DNA of 64,000 bases from Hydrurus foetidus (lineage: Eukaryota): assembly GCA_900617105.1 (NCBI GenBank), contig UYFQ01000004.1, positions 310,001 through 374,000 on the forward strand. Direction: 5' to 3'. The position numbers were made by a program, and so were the translations under genes. Below, piece by piece: positions 51,643-60,360 of the stretch. The stretch's first letter is position 1, and each line of letters opens with the position of its first letter. A model generated the notes under the pieces. The model saw only the letters and a program-made list of their open reading frames with translations, had not been told where the DNA came from and did no database searches.

Positions 51643-52542
51643 ATGGCAGCCACACTCAACAACCAACTCGTCGTCGCCATCTCTTCCCGCGCCCTGTTTG
51701 ACCTGGAAGAAGAAAATCAAGTCTTCGAGCAAACTGACGACACGGCCTACATGCAGCTTCAGCTGGAGCGTTTGGACATTCCAGCCAAACCTGGCGTGGC
51801 TTTCCCGCTCGTGCAAAAGCTGCTGGCCTTCAATGACGAGGAACACCAGCGGGTGGAAGTCGTCATCCTCTCGCGCAATGACCCGGTATCGGGCCTGCGG
51901 GTGTTCAAGTCGGTTGAAAAGCATGAGTTGAAGGTCGCCCGTGGCGTGTTCACAAGAGGCCGCGAGCCTTACCGCTACTTAACGCCCCTGCGTGCCAACC
52001 TATTCCTCTCGGCCAAACCCGAAGACGTGCGTGAAGCGCTGAAGCTGGGCTTTCCCGCAGCCACCGTCGCCACCCACTCCGCCCGCGCCCAAGACCACTT
52101 CCCCAACGAGCTGCGCATCGCGTTTGACGGCGATGCGGTGCTGTTCTCCGACGAAGCTGAGCGCGTCTACCAAGCCGATGGCCTTCCCGCGTTCCAACAG
52201 CACGAAAAAGACCATGCCACCAACCCCTTGCCCGATGGCCCCTTTAAACCGCTGCTGATGGCGCTACAAAGATTGCAGCAAGAAGGCACACCCCGCATGC
52301 GTGTTCGCACCGCGTTGGTGACGGCCCGCAGCGCCCCGGCGCATGAACGCGCCATCCGCACGCTGATGAGCTGGAACATCAGCGTTGACGAAGCCATGTT
52401 CCTCGGTGGTTTGGCCAAAGGCGAGTTTTTACGTGAATTCGAACCTGATTTCTTCTTTGACGACCAAACCGGCCACATCGAATCCGCCGCACAGCATGTG
52501 CCTGCGGGACATGTGGCGAGTGGGGTGTCGAACGCGGTGTAG
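51643..52542 (+). CDS. 5'-nucleotidase (cN-I-like family)
   Basis: LVVAISSRALFDL, LRIAFDGDAVLFSDE, VTARSAPAHER, FFDDQ. Confidence 0.92.
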   Translation: MAATLNNQLVVAISSRALFDLEEENQVFEQTDDTAYMQLQLERLDIPAKPGVAFPLVQKLLAFNDEEHQRVEVVILSRNDPVSGLRVFKSVEKHELKVARGVFTRGREPYRYLTPLRANLFLSAKPEDVREALKLGFPAATVATHSARAQDHFPNELRIAFDGDAVLFSDEAERVYQADGLPAFQQHEKDHATNPLPDGPFKPLLMALQRLQQEGTPRMRVRTALVTARSAPAHERAIRTLMSWNISVDEAMFLGGLAKGEFLREFEPDFFFDDQTGHIESAAQHVPAGHVASGVSNAV

Positions 52543-52548
52543 AAGAAG

Positions 52549-52604
52549 GGTATGAATTAAATAGCAGCCTGCGCATATCCACGCGGGGCTACAGCTCATT
52601 TGAC
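52549..52604 (+). repeat. Dispersed GCTA-N9-TAGC element, intergenic copy
   Basis: GGTA tgaattaaa TAGCA gcctgc GC atatccacgcg GGGCTACAGCTCATTTG; left half-site has one mismatch. Confidence 0.65.
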
Positions 52605-52686
52605 ACAAAATCAACCCTTATGCTGTGCCAGTACTAGCGTCTACATGATCAACTGGCTGATGACGGCAATGGATGCAGCTGTGCAC

Positions 52687-55600
52687 TCACGGCCCATAAG
52701 TCACGCCAATCGCTCGCAAATAGCCGTCGCTGTAGCCTTTTAAGCTGAGGATTCGGCTGCCCGTTGGTGCTGTGTAGTCAAACGCCGTTCCTGTGGTGGA
52801 GCCATAAGGGCCATAGGAACGGCCGGTGTTGGTGACGAAACTGATTTGACCAATCACATTGCCTGATACTTGGCCGGAGATGCGCACCAGATACTCGCCC
52901 GTGGGCCAAATGACGGTGTACAAACCGCCGCCGTTGCCACCATGCTGCGGCCAGTTCACCGGGGCTCCCAAGCCCTGGATGCTGTCGAGCCACGAGCCCG
53001 CGCGCACCGAAATCCCATTCAGCACCTGGGTGGTGGAAGCAACGTCGTTGAACGCCGTCCCAATGGCCGTGGAGCCAAACAGGGGGGAGCTGCCGGATGC
53101 CGCGGGAGGGGTCACAGCAGCACCATAGAGATTGCTGGCGGGCACAACGGCATAGGCAGTCGCGCCAGGAGTCAACCAACTCAATTGCGCCACGGCACCA
53201 CCACCCAGCTCTTGGTATTCCATCACGATGTTGTAGCGCGTACCGGCTTGCAAGGTCATGGTGGCACTGGTATCGGCTGTGGGGCCATGAGGTGTCCAGT
53301 TGTCGATCACACGCACACCGTTCACGGTCAGGCGCAGGCCATCATCGGTATAGGTCTGGAACTTGTAGCTGCCACTGGTTGGAGCTTGCACCGTGCCACT
53401 CCAACGGACTGAGAAGTTATCGGCGTTGACAACAGCAGCAGGGGAGCCACTGCCCCAATTAAAGTTGATGACTTCCGTGCGCGTCAGCACCACAGCCCCC
53501 GTCAGGTCGTTGGAGTTGTAGTACTGGCCCGTCAACCCTGTGCCTGTGCCCCCCCCACCTGCGGGGGAGACAGCAGCTTCTTCACTGCCGATTTGCAGAG
53601 TGAAAGCGGTCACACTGGCCAAATCGGCGGCACTCAAGGCAAACGTTTTGTGGGCCAAGATGGCATCAGCCACTGTGGCGGCTGAGCCATCATGCAAATA
53701 GGGGGCAGTGGCCCACACATCGCGCAGGGTTGGCACATCAATACCACTGAGCGCGCCGCCCAGGCGCTTGCCGCTGCTGGCTTTCAAGGTGCCCACATCC
53801 ATCAGGTTTGCACTGGCGCTGACCGTGAACGCATCACCGCCGTGGCAGGATGCGCAGTTGGCGGCAAATACAGTTTTGCCCAAGACTGCTGCAGCCGTCA
53901 ACGCACCCGTCACATCGCGGGCCGGGCTGGGGACAAAGGTGGTACGAGATTTGACGTAAGCCGCCAACGCATCCAGGTCGGCACTCACGCCGGCTTTCGT
54001 GTCACCCAGGGGAGTATTGCGCGTGCCGGTGTTGAACTGCACATCGGTCATCAGGCCTGTGCCTTGGGCGAAGCTGCGGATTTGGCCTTCAAAATCTTGA
54101 ATCTCGTCAAAGTTGCCAGACCAGTGCTTGTTGCCTTGGGCGCCAGCGCGGCCGATCAGGCTGATGGTGTTGCGCAGACCTTCGCCCAATCCGGTGAAGT
54201 CCCAGGTGCGGCCATCGTGGCTGCCATCGTTGTGGCAACTGGCGCAGCTCATGTATGCATCGCGGGCGAGGCGAGTGTCTTTGGCATCGTAGAAGAACTG
54301 CTTACCTTTAAGTACATCAGCCGCCAGTTTTTCGGTGGTCACACTGCTGGGACTGGCGAGCAAGGTCACGCCTGTGGCATCGGCTTGGCCGTTGTTGATG
54401 AGGCGGCTCAGGTCATAGATGCCAACAGTACGGCCCATGAAGTTGTTGACAAAGAGCTTAAGTCCATTGGCAGACAGCACCACGCCGTCCGGGGCCAAGC
54501 CGGTATCGATGTTGAACAGGGTACGTTTACCCACCGGGTCAACTACAGCTACTTGACGGCTGGTTTGCAGGGCCACAAACAGGTAGGCGCCTGTGGGATG
54601 GTAGACGGCGGCGCTGGCAACCCCGGAATTGTCAAAGTCTTGCCGGGCGGCGTAGTCTTCGGCCCAGGTGCTCAAATCCACACGGGAGCTGATGGCTCGC
54701 ACGGTATTTTGGAAGTCCAGGTTGGATCCGTTGCGCAGTGTGCCCCGCTTGATGTTGTCCTGCTTGGACGACACCCAGGCGCTCTTGCCGTCGGGCGAAA
54801 TCGCGGCTGCGACGAGGTAGTTGGGAATGCCTGCGCCGCGCGTGCTTTCGTCCGCTTTGTCGCTGTGCTGGAGCAAGACGGTGCGCTCGATAACCAGCGT
54901 CGCCGCCGTCACCACCACCACTTGACCGCCTTGCCCCGCCGTGGTGACGGTGGCCGTGCCTTCGCCGGGCAGAGGAGGTGTGATGAAGCGCGACACCAAC
55001 ACGCGGTCACTGGCAGGGGTGATGGCCAGGTGGCGGGCATTCGCGCCAACGCTGAGGGTGGCAAGCACTGCACCTGTGCTGGGATTGAGCTTGAGCAATT
55101 GCCCTGTTGCTTCCAAGGCCACATAAGCCGCGCTGCCGTTCGGCGCAAAGGCGAGGCCGTGGGGCTGCGAAGCACGCGGCAGAGTGGTGGTGAGCGTTTG
55201 CACCACCGTCAAACTGGTGGGGCTGAGGATGCTGATGCTGTTACCTTGTTTGTTGGTGACCCAAATGCGGCCATCAGGTGCCACGGCAACGCTGCGTGGC
55301 GCTGAACCCACGGCAATTTCAGCCTGCTTGGTGTTGGTCACGGCATCGAACACGCTCACCGTGTCGTTGTCTTGGTTTACCACCCAGACGCGGGCATTGG
55401 CACCAACACGGGCTTCAACGCTGATGGGGGACGATTGCGTAGCCAGGGTGGTGCCTACGTTGGTGGCATACACCGCTTGCGTGAAGCTGCGGGTGCTGAC
55501 CACACCACTGGCCTCTTTCACGGTGAGCACCACGGTGTACAGGCCAGGGGCGGTGTACACATGAGCCGTGTTGCCAAGGCTGCTGTACGCCGTGGTGGCC

Positions 55601-58458
55601 GTGCCATCGCCAAAACTCCAGCTGTAGAGCGCCCCTGCGGTGGCCCCTGTGGTGTTGGCGTTGAACGTGGCAGTGCTGCCAGAGACGACCGGGGTCGCAC
55701 TGGGTGTGCCGATGGTGATGGCGCTACCGACCACTGTCCACGCGATGTTGACCGTGGCGATACCGCCGCGCCCGTCATTGGCCGAGACGGTAGTGGCATA
55801 AGCCCCTGCCGCCGTGGGCACACCCAGGATTTGGCCGCTGGTAGCGTTGATGCTCAGACCCGTAGGCAAGTTGGTAGCACTGTAGCTCAGCGCGTCGCCA
55901 TCAGCATCGGTGGCATTGATGACTTCGGACACGCTTTGGTTCAAGGCACTGCTCCGGGTCGCGGGCGTAACGGCCATGACGGGTGGGCGGTTAACACTGC
56001 TGCCCCCCGTGTTCACCCAGTTGGAAATGGTCTGCACCGAAGCCACCCCCCCCGTGCCGCCCGTGAAGCCGACCGTCATGGTGTTGCCGAAAGTCGCTTG
56101 CAGATCCACCGTTCGGGTAGCGCTCGTGCTGTAGGCTTGCCCATCGGCGCTGCCTGTGGCATCCAGACGCAACAGCTTGGTGGTGGGGTCATAGGCAATT
56201 TTGGCCGTGCCCGTGACACTGTTTTTGTTGCCCAGCGCCAAGGGTGCCGCTTGTACCGTGTTAAAGCCCTGACCGTTGGAAACCCAGCCTATGCGGTTGT
56301 TAGAGTAAGTTTGCCATGTGGCCCCGAGCCACGTACCCGGCATGCCGTTCAAACCCAGGTCGCCGCCGCCGTTGCCGATGGACCCAACCCCGCTGTTTTG
56401 CATGGCAAAAGAAACGCCATCGGCCTGATTGTTGCCTGTGCCTTGCAGGCTGTAATCGAAGCTGAACGAGAACCCGGCTGTGGTTGACCACGGCGTTTTG
56501 GCCCAGGCTGCGCCTGCTTGCCCGCCGACCGTTGTCAGGCGAACAGTGTTGTCACCTGGCAGCGCGGCTGAACCTACCGTCGCGAGCGCGTTCAGGGGCA
56601 CCACAGAATTTCCGAGGCCCGATACCGTCCAGACCCAATCTGTGCTGACAGTGGCGCTCGCGTTGGTGGCCAGCACGCTGACGGCATAGCTGCCCGCTGT
56701 GGTGGTCGATCCAGTGATCTTGCCCGTCACCGCATCTATCGCTAGCCCAGGTGGCAGCCCGGTCGCGCTGTAGCTGGTGACGTTGGTGGTGGCCACGGAC
56801 AGGTTGACGGCTGCGTTGAGGGCAGAGAACTGATCGCCAGGGTTCGCCAGGCTGGGCGCTCCATCATTGCCAAGGCGCAGGGTCTTCGCGATGGACGGCA
56901 CGCCGGAAGCATTCATGCCGAACAGCATGTACAAACCAGGCGGCGCATTGCCTGGATTGGTGGGCACATTGACCTGCCACGTGTTGTTGCCCGCGCTGGT
57001 GAAGGTCAGCGGGACACGGCGCTGGTTGTTTTGCAATGAATGTGTCGTGGACGACAAGCGCACCAACACAAACTTGCTGACAGCGGAATCCGTCTTTATC
57101 GCCAGGGTGTTGCCATAGCGGGCTGTGGTCGGTGCGCTGGTGATGACAGGACGCACAGCCGCAGAGCCGTCGGCATTGAACAGGTAATGCGGACTCCATA
57201 TCTGCATGTTTTTGCCATTGACATCGCTGTTGTTATTGCCTGCGGACAGCACTCGTCCATCGGGCAACAAGGCGGCTACGCTATGGTAATTGCGTGGATT
57301 GCCCATCGGTGGCAGCGCCGTGAAGGTGCCGGTGTCTGGGTCCCACAATTCAGGAACCAAGCGGGAATCGGTGTCGGTAAATTCAGCGGTGTTGTTCAGC
57401 CCACCCAGTACAACTACCTGCCCGTTGGGCAACACCACGGAATTGTGCCAAGCACGGTTATAGGCCATGTCGCTGGTGCGCGTGACCGTCGGGAGGGCAC
57501 TGCCTTTGGCTGCCATCGCGGCCACTGTGGTGTCGATCACATAGGCGCGGGGATTGGAGGTTTGCTGGTTCAGGCCACCGCCAGCCTTCAAAATTTTGCC
57601 AATGTCGTACATCACCGCCGAGCCAGACTGGCTGAAGACGTCATCGCCGCGTGTGCCTGCCGAGGTGTATGCGCCATTGCCGGAGGTGTCAATCCAGTGC
57701 AGCTCCCGCCCAGGCCCCGCATGCAGCACACGGCCATTGCCAGCAGCAAACATCCAAAGGAAGCTGTCGGCGTACCAACCCGTCGTTTCTTGCGATTTGA
57801 ACGGCGCAATAGGCAGGCCAGACATGGCGCGCCAGCCACTGCCCTGCGTCCACACTTCACCCGGCGCAGTACCGCCAATACCGCTCCAAGAACCGCCCAA
57901 GGTGAAAACAGAACCGTCTTGCAACGAGACATTAGAACCGTAGCCTCTGGGGGCCTTTAGGGCATCGCCGCGCGTCCACAGGTTGGTGGTTTGGTCGTAT
58001 ACGCTGGAGGCCCCTGGCGTATTACCACCGTTGACCATGATGCGGCCATCGGGCAAATTGCTGATTTCAGGGCAGAACATGTTGTGCCCTGTCTCCGTCA
58101 CCGTGCGTGGCACCGACGTTCCGGTCAGTGGGTCATAGGTCACCGCCATCGTTTGGGCATTGCCCGTCCACCCGCCCGCAGCCACATCGGCAAAAAACAT
58201 CAGCACTTTGCCATCAGGCAAATTGGCGATGCTGGACGGTGCAATCGAGAGGGGCTGCACCGGCCCCCACCGGCTTTGCGCCGGGCTGGCTATCGCCAAT
58301 GCGCGGGTGTGCATCAGCCCATCGGCGGCACTGGTGCTCGCCGTGTCAGAGCCGCTGCACGCGGCCAACAAAGCAACAGCCACCAACGGGACAATCGCTT
58401 TGCGAAAAGGTACGGATGGATTGTTAAGAGGGCGGCAAGCTGCTGCGGGCATAGGCAT
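52687..58458 (-). CDS. Giant lipoprotein: galactose oxidase-like copper radical oxidase (AA5) - Ig - L-type lectin - Ig - PKD - YVTN propeller - di-heme cytochrome c peroxidase - PA14 - jacalin
   Basis: GGAG RBS before ATG 58458, lipobox LAAC. HNMFC, RGY, GGSW, RNYHS and TTHS copper/radical motifs; He_PIG repeats (LPPGLAID, LPTGLSIN); ADGVSF and VGFTGGTG lectin; WSFGDG PKD; two CASCH; TDDG PA14; GRSYGPYG jacalin. Confidence 0.9.
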   Translation of the reverse strand: MPMPAAACRPLNNPSVPFRKAIVPLVAVALLAACSGSDTASTSAADGLMHTRALAIASPAQSRWGPVQPLSIAPSSIANLPDGKVLMFFADVAAGGWTGNAQTMAVTYDPLTGTSVPRTVTETGHNMFCPEISNLPDGRIMVNGGNTPGASSVYDQTTNLWTRGDALKAPRGYGSNVSLQDGSVFTLGGSWSGIGGTAPGEVWTQGSGWRAMSGLPIAPFKSQETTGWYADSFLWMFAAGNGRVLHAGPGRELHWIDTSGNGAYTSAGTRGDDVFSQSGSAVMYDIGKILKAGGGLNQQTSNPRAYVIDTTVAAMAAKGSALPTVTRTSDMAYNRAWHNSVVLPNGQVVVLGGLNNTAEFTDTDSRLVPELWDPDTGTFTALPPMGNPRNYHSVAALLPDGRVLSAGNNNSDVNGKNMQIWSPHYLFNADGSAAVRPVITSAPTTARYGNTLAIKTDSAVSKFVLVRLSSTTHSLQNNQRRVPLTFTSAGNNTWQVNVPTNPGNAPPGLYMLFGMNASGVPSIAKTLRLGNDGAPSLANPGDQFSALNAAVNLSVATTNVTSYSATGLPPGLAIDAVTGKITGSTTTAGSYAVSVLATNASATVSTDWVWTVSGLGNSVVPLNALATVGSAALPGDNTVRLTTVGGQAGAAWAKTPWSTTAGFSFSFDYSLQGTGNNQADGVSFAMQNSGVGSIGNGGGDLGLNGMPGTWLGATWQTYSNNRIGWVSNGQGFNTVQAAPLALGNKNSVTGTAKIAYDPTTKLLRLDATGSADGQAYSTSATRTVDLQATFGNTMTVGFTGGTGGVASVQTISNWVNTGGSSVNRPPVMAVTPATRSSALNQSVSEVINATDADGDALSYSATNLPTGLSINATSGQILGVPTAAGAYATTVSANDGRGGIATVNIAWTVVGSAITIGTPSATPVVSGSTATFNANTTGATAGALYSWSFGDGTATTAYSSLGNTAHVYTAPGLYTVVLTVKEASGVVSTRSFTQAVYATNVGTTLATQSSPISVEARVGANARVWVVNQDNDTVSVFDAVTNTKQAEIAVGSAPRSVAVAPDGRIWVTNKQGNSISILSPTSLTVVQTLTTTLPRASQPHGLAFAPNGSAAYVALEATGQLLKLNPSTGAVLATLSVGANARHLAITPASDRVLVSRFITPPLPGEGTATVTTAGQGGQVVVVTAATLVIERTVLLQHSDKADESTRGAGIPNYLVAAAISPDGKSAWVSSKQDNIKRGTLRNGSNLDFQNTVRAISSRVDLSTWAEDYAARQDFDNSGVASAAVYHPTGAYLFVALQTSRQVAVVDPVGKRTLFNIDTGLAPDGVVLSANGLKLFVNNFMGRTVGIYDLSRLINNGQADATGVTLLASPSSVTTEKLAADVLKGKQFFYDAKDTRLARDAYMSCASCHNDGSHDGRTWDFTGLGEGLRNTISLIGRAGAQGNKHWSGNFDEIQDFEGQIRSFAQGTGLMTDVQFNTGTRNTPLGDTKAGVSADLDALAAYVKSRTTFVPSPARDVTGALTAAAVLGKTVFAANCASCHGGDAFTVSASANLMDVGTLKASSGKRLGGALSGIDVPTLRDVWATAPYLHDGSAATVADAILAHKTFALSAADLASVTAFTLQIGSEEAAVSPAGGGGTGTGLTGQYYNSNDLTGAVVLTRTEVINFNWGSGSPAAVVNADNFSVRWSGTVQAPTSGSYKFQTYTDDGLRLTVNGVRVIDNWTPHGPTADTSATMTLQAGTRYNIVMEYQELGGGAVAQLSWLTPGATAYAVVPASNLYGAAVTPPAASGSSPLFGSTAIGTAFNDVASTTQVLNGISVRAGSWLDSIQGLGAPVNWPQHGGNGGGLYTVIWPTGEYLVRISGQVSGNVIGQISFVTNTGRSYGPYGSTTGTAFDYTAPTGSRILSLKGYSDGYLRAIGVTYGP

Positions 58459-58737
58459 GAAGAACTCCAAAGAAGGCACGATGGACGGGGTGAGCTCAGA
58501 GCTGACCAGAACAGTAACAAATGGCAACAAGTGTAACCAAATGAAACAAGTCCGTCAATGAAAAGTAATGTTCGATAGGGTGTGCTGCTGAGCAGCCGTG
58601 CGCGTTTCCAGCCAAGAATAAGTCTGCGGGTACAAAAGCTACAGGCAGTCAATGACGCAGGCAGGAACAGAGCAGAAAATGGGGTGTAGGCGTGTCCATA
58701 GATGGCATCAACCACGGTGAGTCGAATCGCTTTTGGC

Positions 58738-60360
58738 TTACGCAGGGTTTCCCACGCTCCACTCTTTCGTCACATCGCCCGCTACATTCACGCTTTCCAT
58801 CGCCACGCCAAAACCCCACAGGCGGGCTGTGTGCTTGAGCACCTCCAGAGTGCTGTCGCTCAAGGGCCTATCCTGGTACTGGGTGTGGCGCAGGGTCAGG
58901 GTGCGGTCGCCGCGCAGGTTGACGTTCCACACCTGAATATTCGGTTCGCGGGTGCCCAGGTCGTATTGCGACGAAATGGCCAGTCGCAAGCGCCGGTAGC
59001 CGGCATCGTCGTGGATGGCGGAGACTTCTAACTCAGGCTTCTTCTCTTCATCGTGGATGGCGAACAGGCGTAAATCACGTATCAGCTTGGGGCTTAAAAA
59101 CTGGCCGATAAAACTTTCATCTTTGAAGTTACGCATAGCGTGGTTCAACGTGGGCAGCCAAGGTGTACCGGCAATGCCCGGAAACCAGGCACGGTCTTCC
59201 TCGGTGGGGTTGTCGCAGATGCGTTTGATGTCGGTGTACATCGCGAACCCCAGCGCGTAAGGGTTGATGCCGCTGTAGGCGCGGTGGCCCACGGGCGGTT
59301 GGTAGACCACGTTGGTGTGCGAGGTCAGCCATTCCAGCATCATGCCGTCGCTCAAATGGCCGTCGTCGTACATCGTGTTGAGCAGCCGGTGGTGCCAAAA
59401 CGTGGCCCAGCCCTCGTTCATCACCTGGGTCTGGCGCTGGGGGTAGAAATACTGCGCCACTTTACGCACGATACGCACGACTTCGCGTTGCCACGGCTCC
59501 AGCAGGGGGGCATTTTTTTCAATGAAGTACAGCAGGTTTTCTTGAGGCTCGGTGGGGAAGCGGGCGGTGGTGTGGGTGCTTTCGGCTTTTTCTTCTTTGA
59601 CGGGCACGGTACGCCACAGGTCGTTCACCTGGGTTTGGGCGTAGACGGCACGGGCCTTGCGCTCGGCCACCTCGTCGGCCAAGCTGCGTTTGCTGGGGCG
59701 GCGGTAGCGGTCTACGCCGTGGTTGGCCAGCGCGTGGCAGGAGTCGAGGAAGGCTTCTACCGCCTCCAGCCCGTGGCGCTCTTCGCAATCGGCGATGTAG
59801 GTGCGGGCGTAGACCAGATAGTCGATGATGGACGATGCATCCGTCCACATGCGAAACAGGTAGTTGCCTTTGAAAAAGCTGTTGTGCCCGTAGGCCGCGT
59901 GGGCGATCACCAGCGCTTGCATGGCGGTGGTGTTTTCTTCCATCAAATAGCTGATGCAGGGGTTGGAGTTGATGACGATTTCATACGCCAACCCCATGTG
60001 ACCACGGCGGTACTTTTTTTCGGTGGAGATGAACTCTTTGCCGTAGCTCCAGTGCCGGTAGTTGATGGGCATACCGACGCTGGCGTAAGCGTCCATCATC
60101 TGCTCGGCGGTGATGACTTCGAGCTGGTTGGGGTAGGTGTCCAGACCAAAGCGCTCAGCGGTTTGACGGATGACATCGTGATAACGGTCAATCAGCTCGA
60201 ACGTCCAGTCGCTGGGGTCAGGCAGAGGAGACGTGGCACGCAGTGGTGCGGGGTGCGGTACTTGCAGGACGCCTAACGGACGACGGTCGCCGGTGGCAGG
60301 CATGAGGTTCAGATTTTCAGCCTTGCGTCGCTCCAAAATGGGATGGGTTGCGTTGTTCAT
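58738..60360 (-). CDS. ycgB: SpoVR/YcgB family protein
   Basis: YRHWSYGK, LAYEIVINSNP, AHAAYGHNSFFK, TQVMNEGWATFWH, NPYALGF. Confidence 0.93.
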   Translation of the reverse strand: MNNATHPILERRKAENLNLMPATGDRRPLGVLQVPHPAPLRATSPLPDPSDWTFELIDRYHDVIRQTAERFGLDTYPNQLEVITAEQMMDAYASVGMPINYRHWSYGKEFISTEKKYRRGHMGLAYEIVINSNPCISYLMEENTTAMQALVIAHAAYGHNSFFKGNYLFRMWTDASSIIDYLVYARTYIADCEERHGLEAVEAFLDSCHALANHGVDRYRRPSKRSLADEVAERKARAVYAQTQVNDLWRTVPVKEEKAESTHTTARFPTEPQENLLYFIEKNAPLLEPWQREVVRIVRKVAQYFYPQRQTQVMNEGWATFWHHRLLNTMYDDGHLSDGMMLEWLTSHTNVVYQPPVGHRAYSGINPYALGFAMYTDIKRICDNPTEEDRAWFPGIAGTPWLPTLNHAMRNFKDESFIGQFLSPKLIRDLRLFAIHDEEKKPELEVSAIHDDAGYRRLRLAISSQYDLGTREPNIQVWNVNLRGDRTLTLRHTQYQDRPLSDSTLEVLKHTARLWGFGVAMESVNVAGDVTKEWSVGNPA

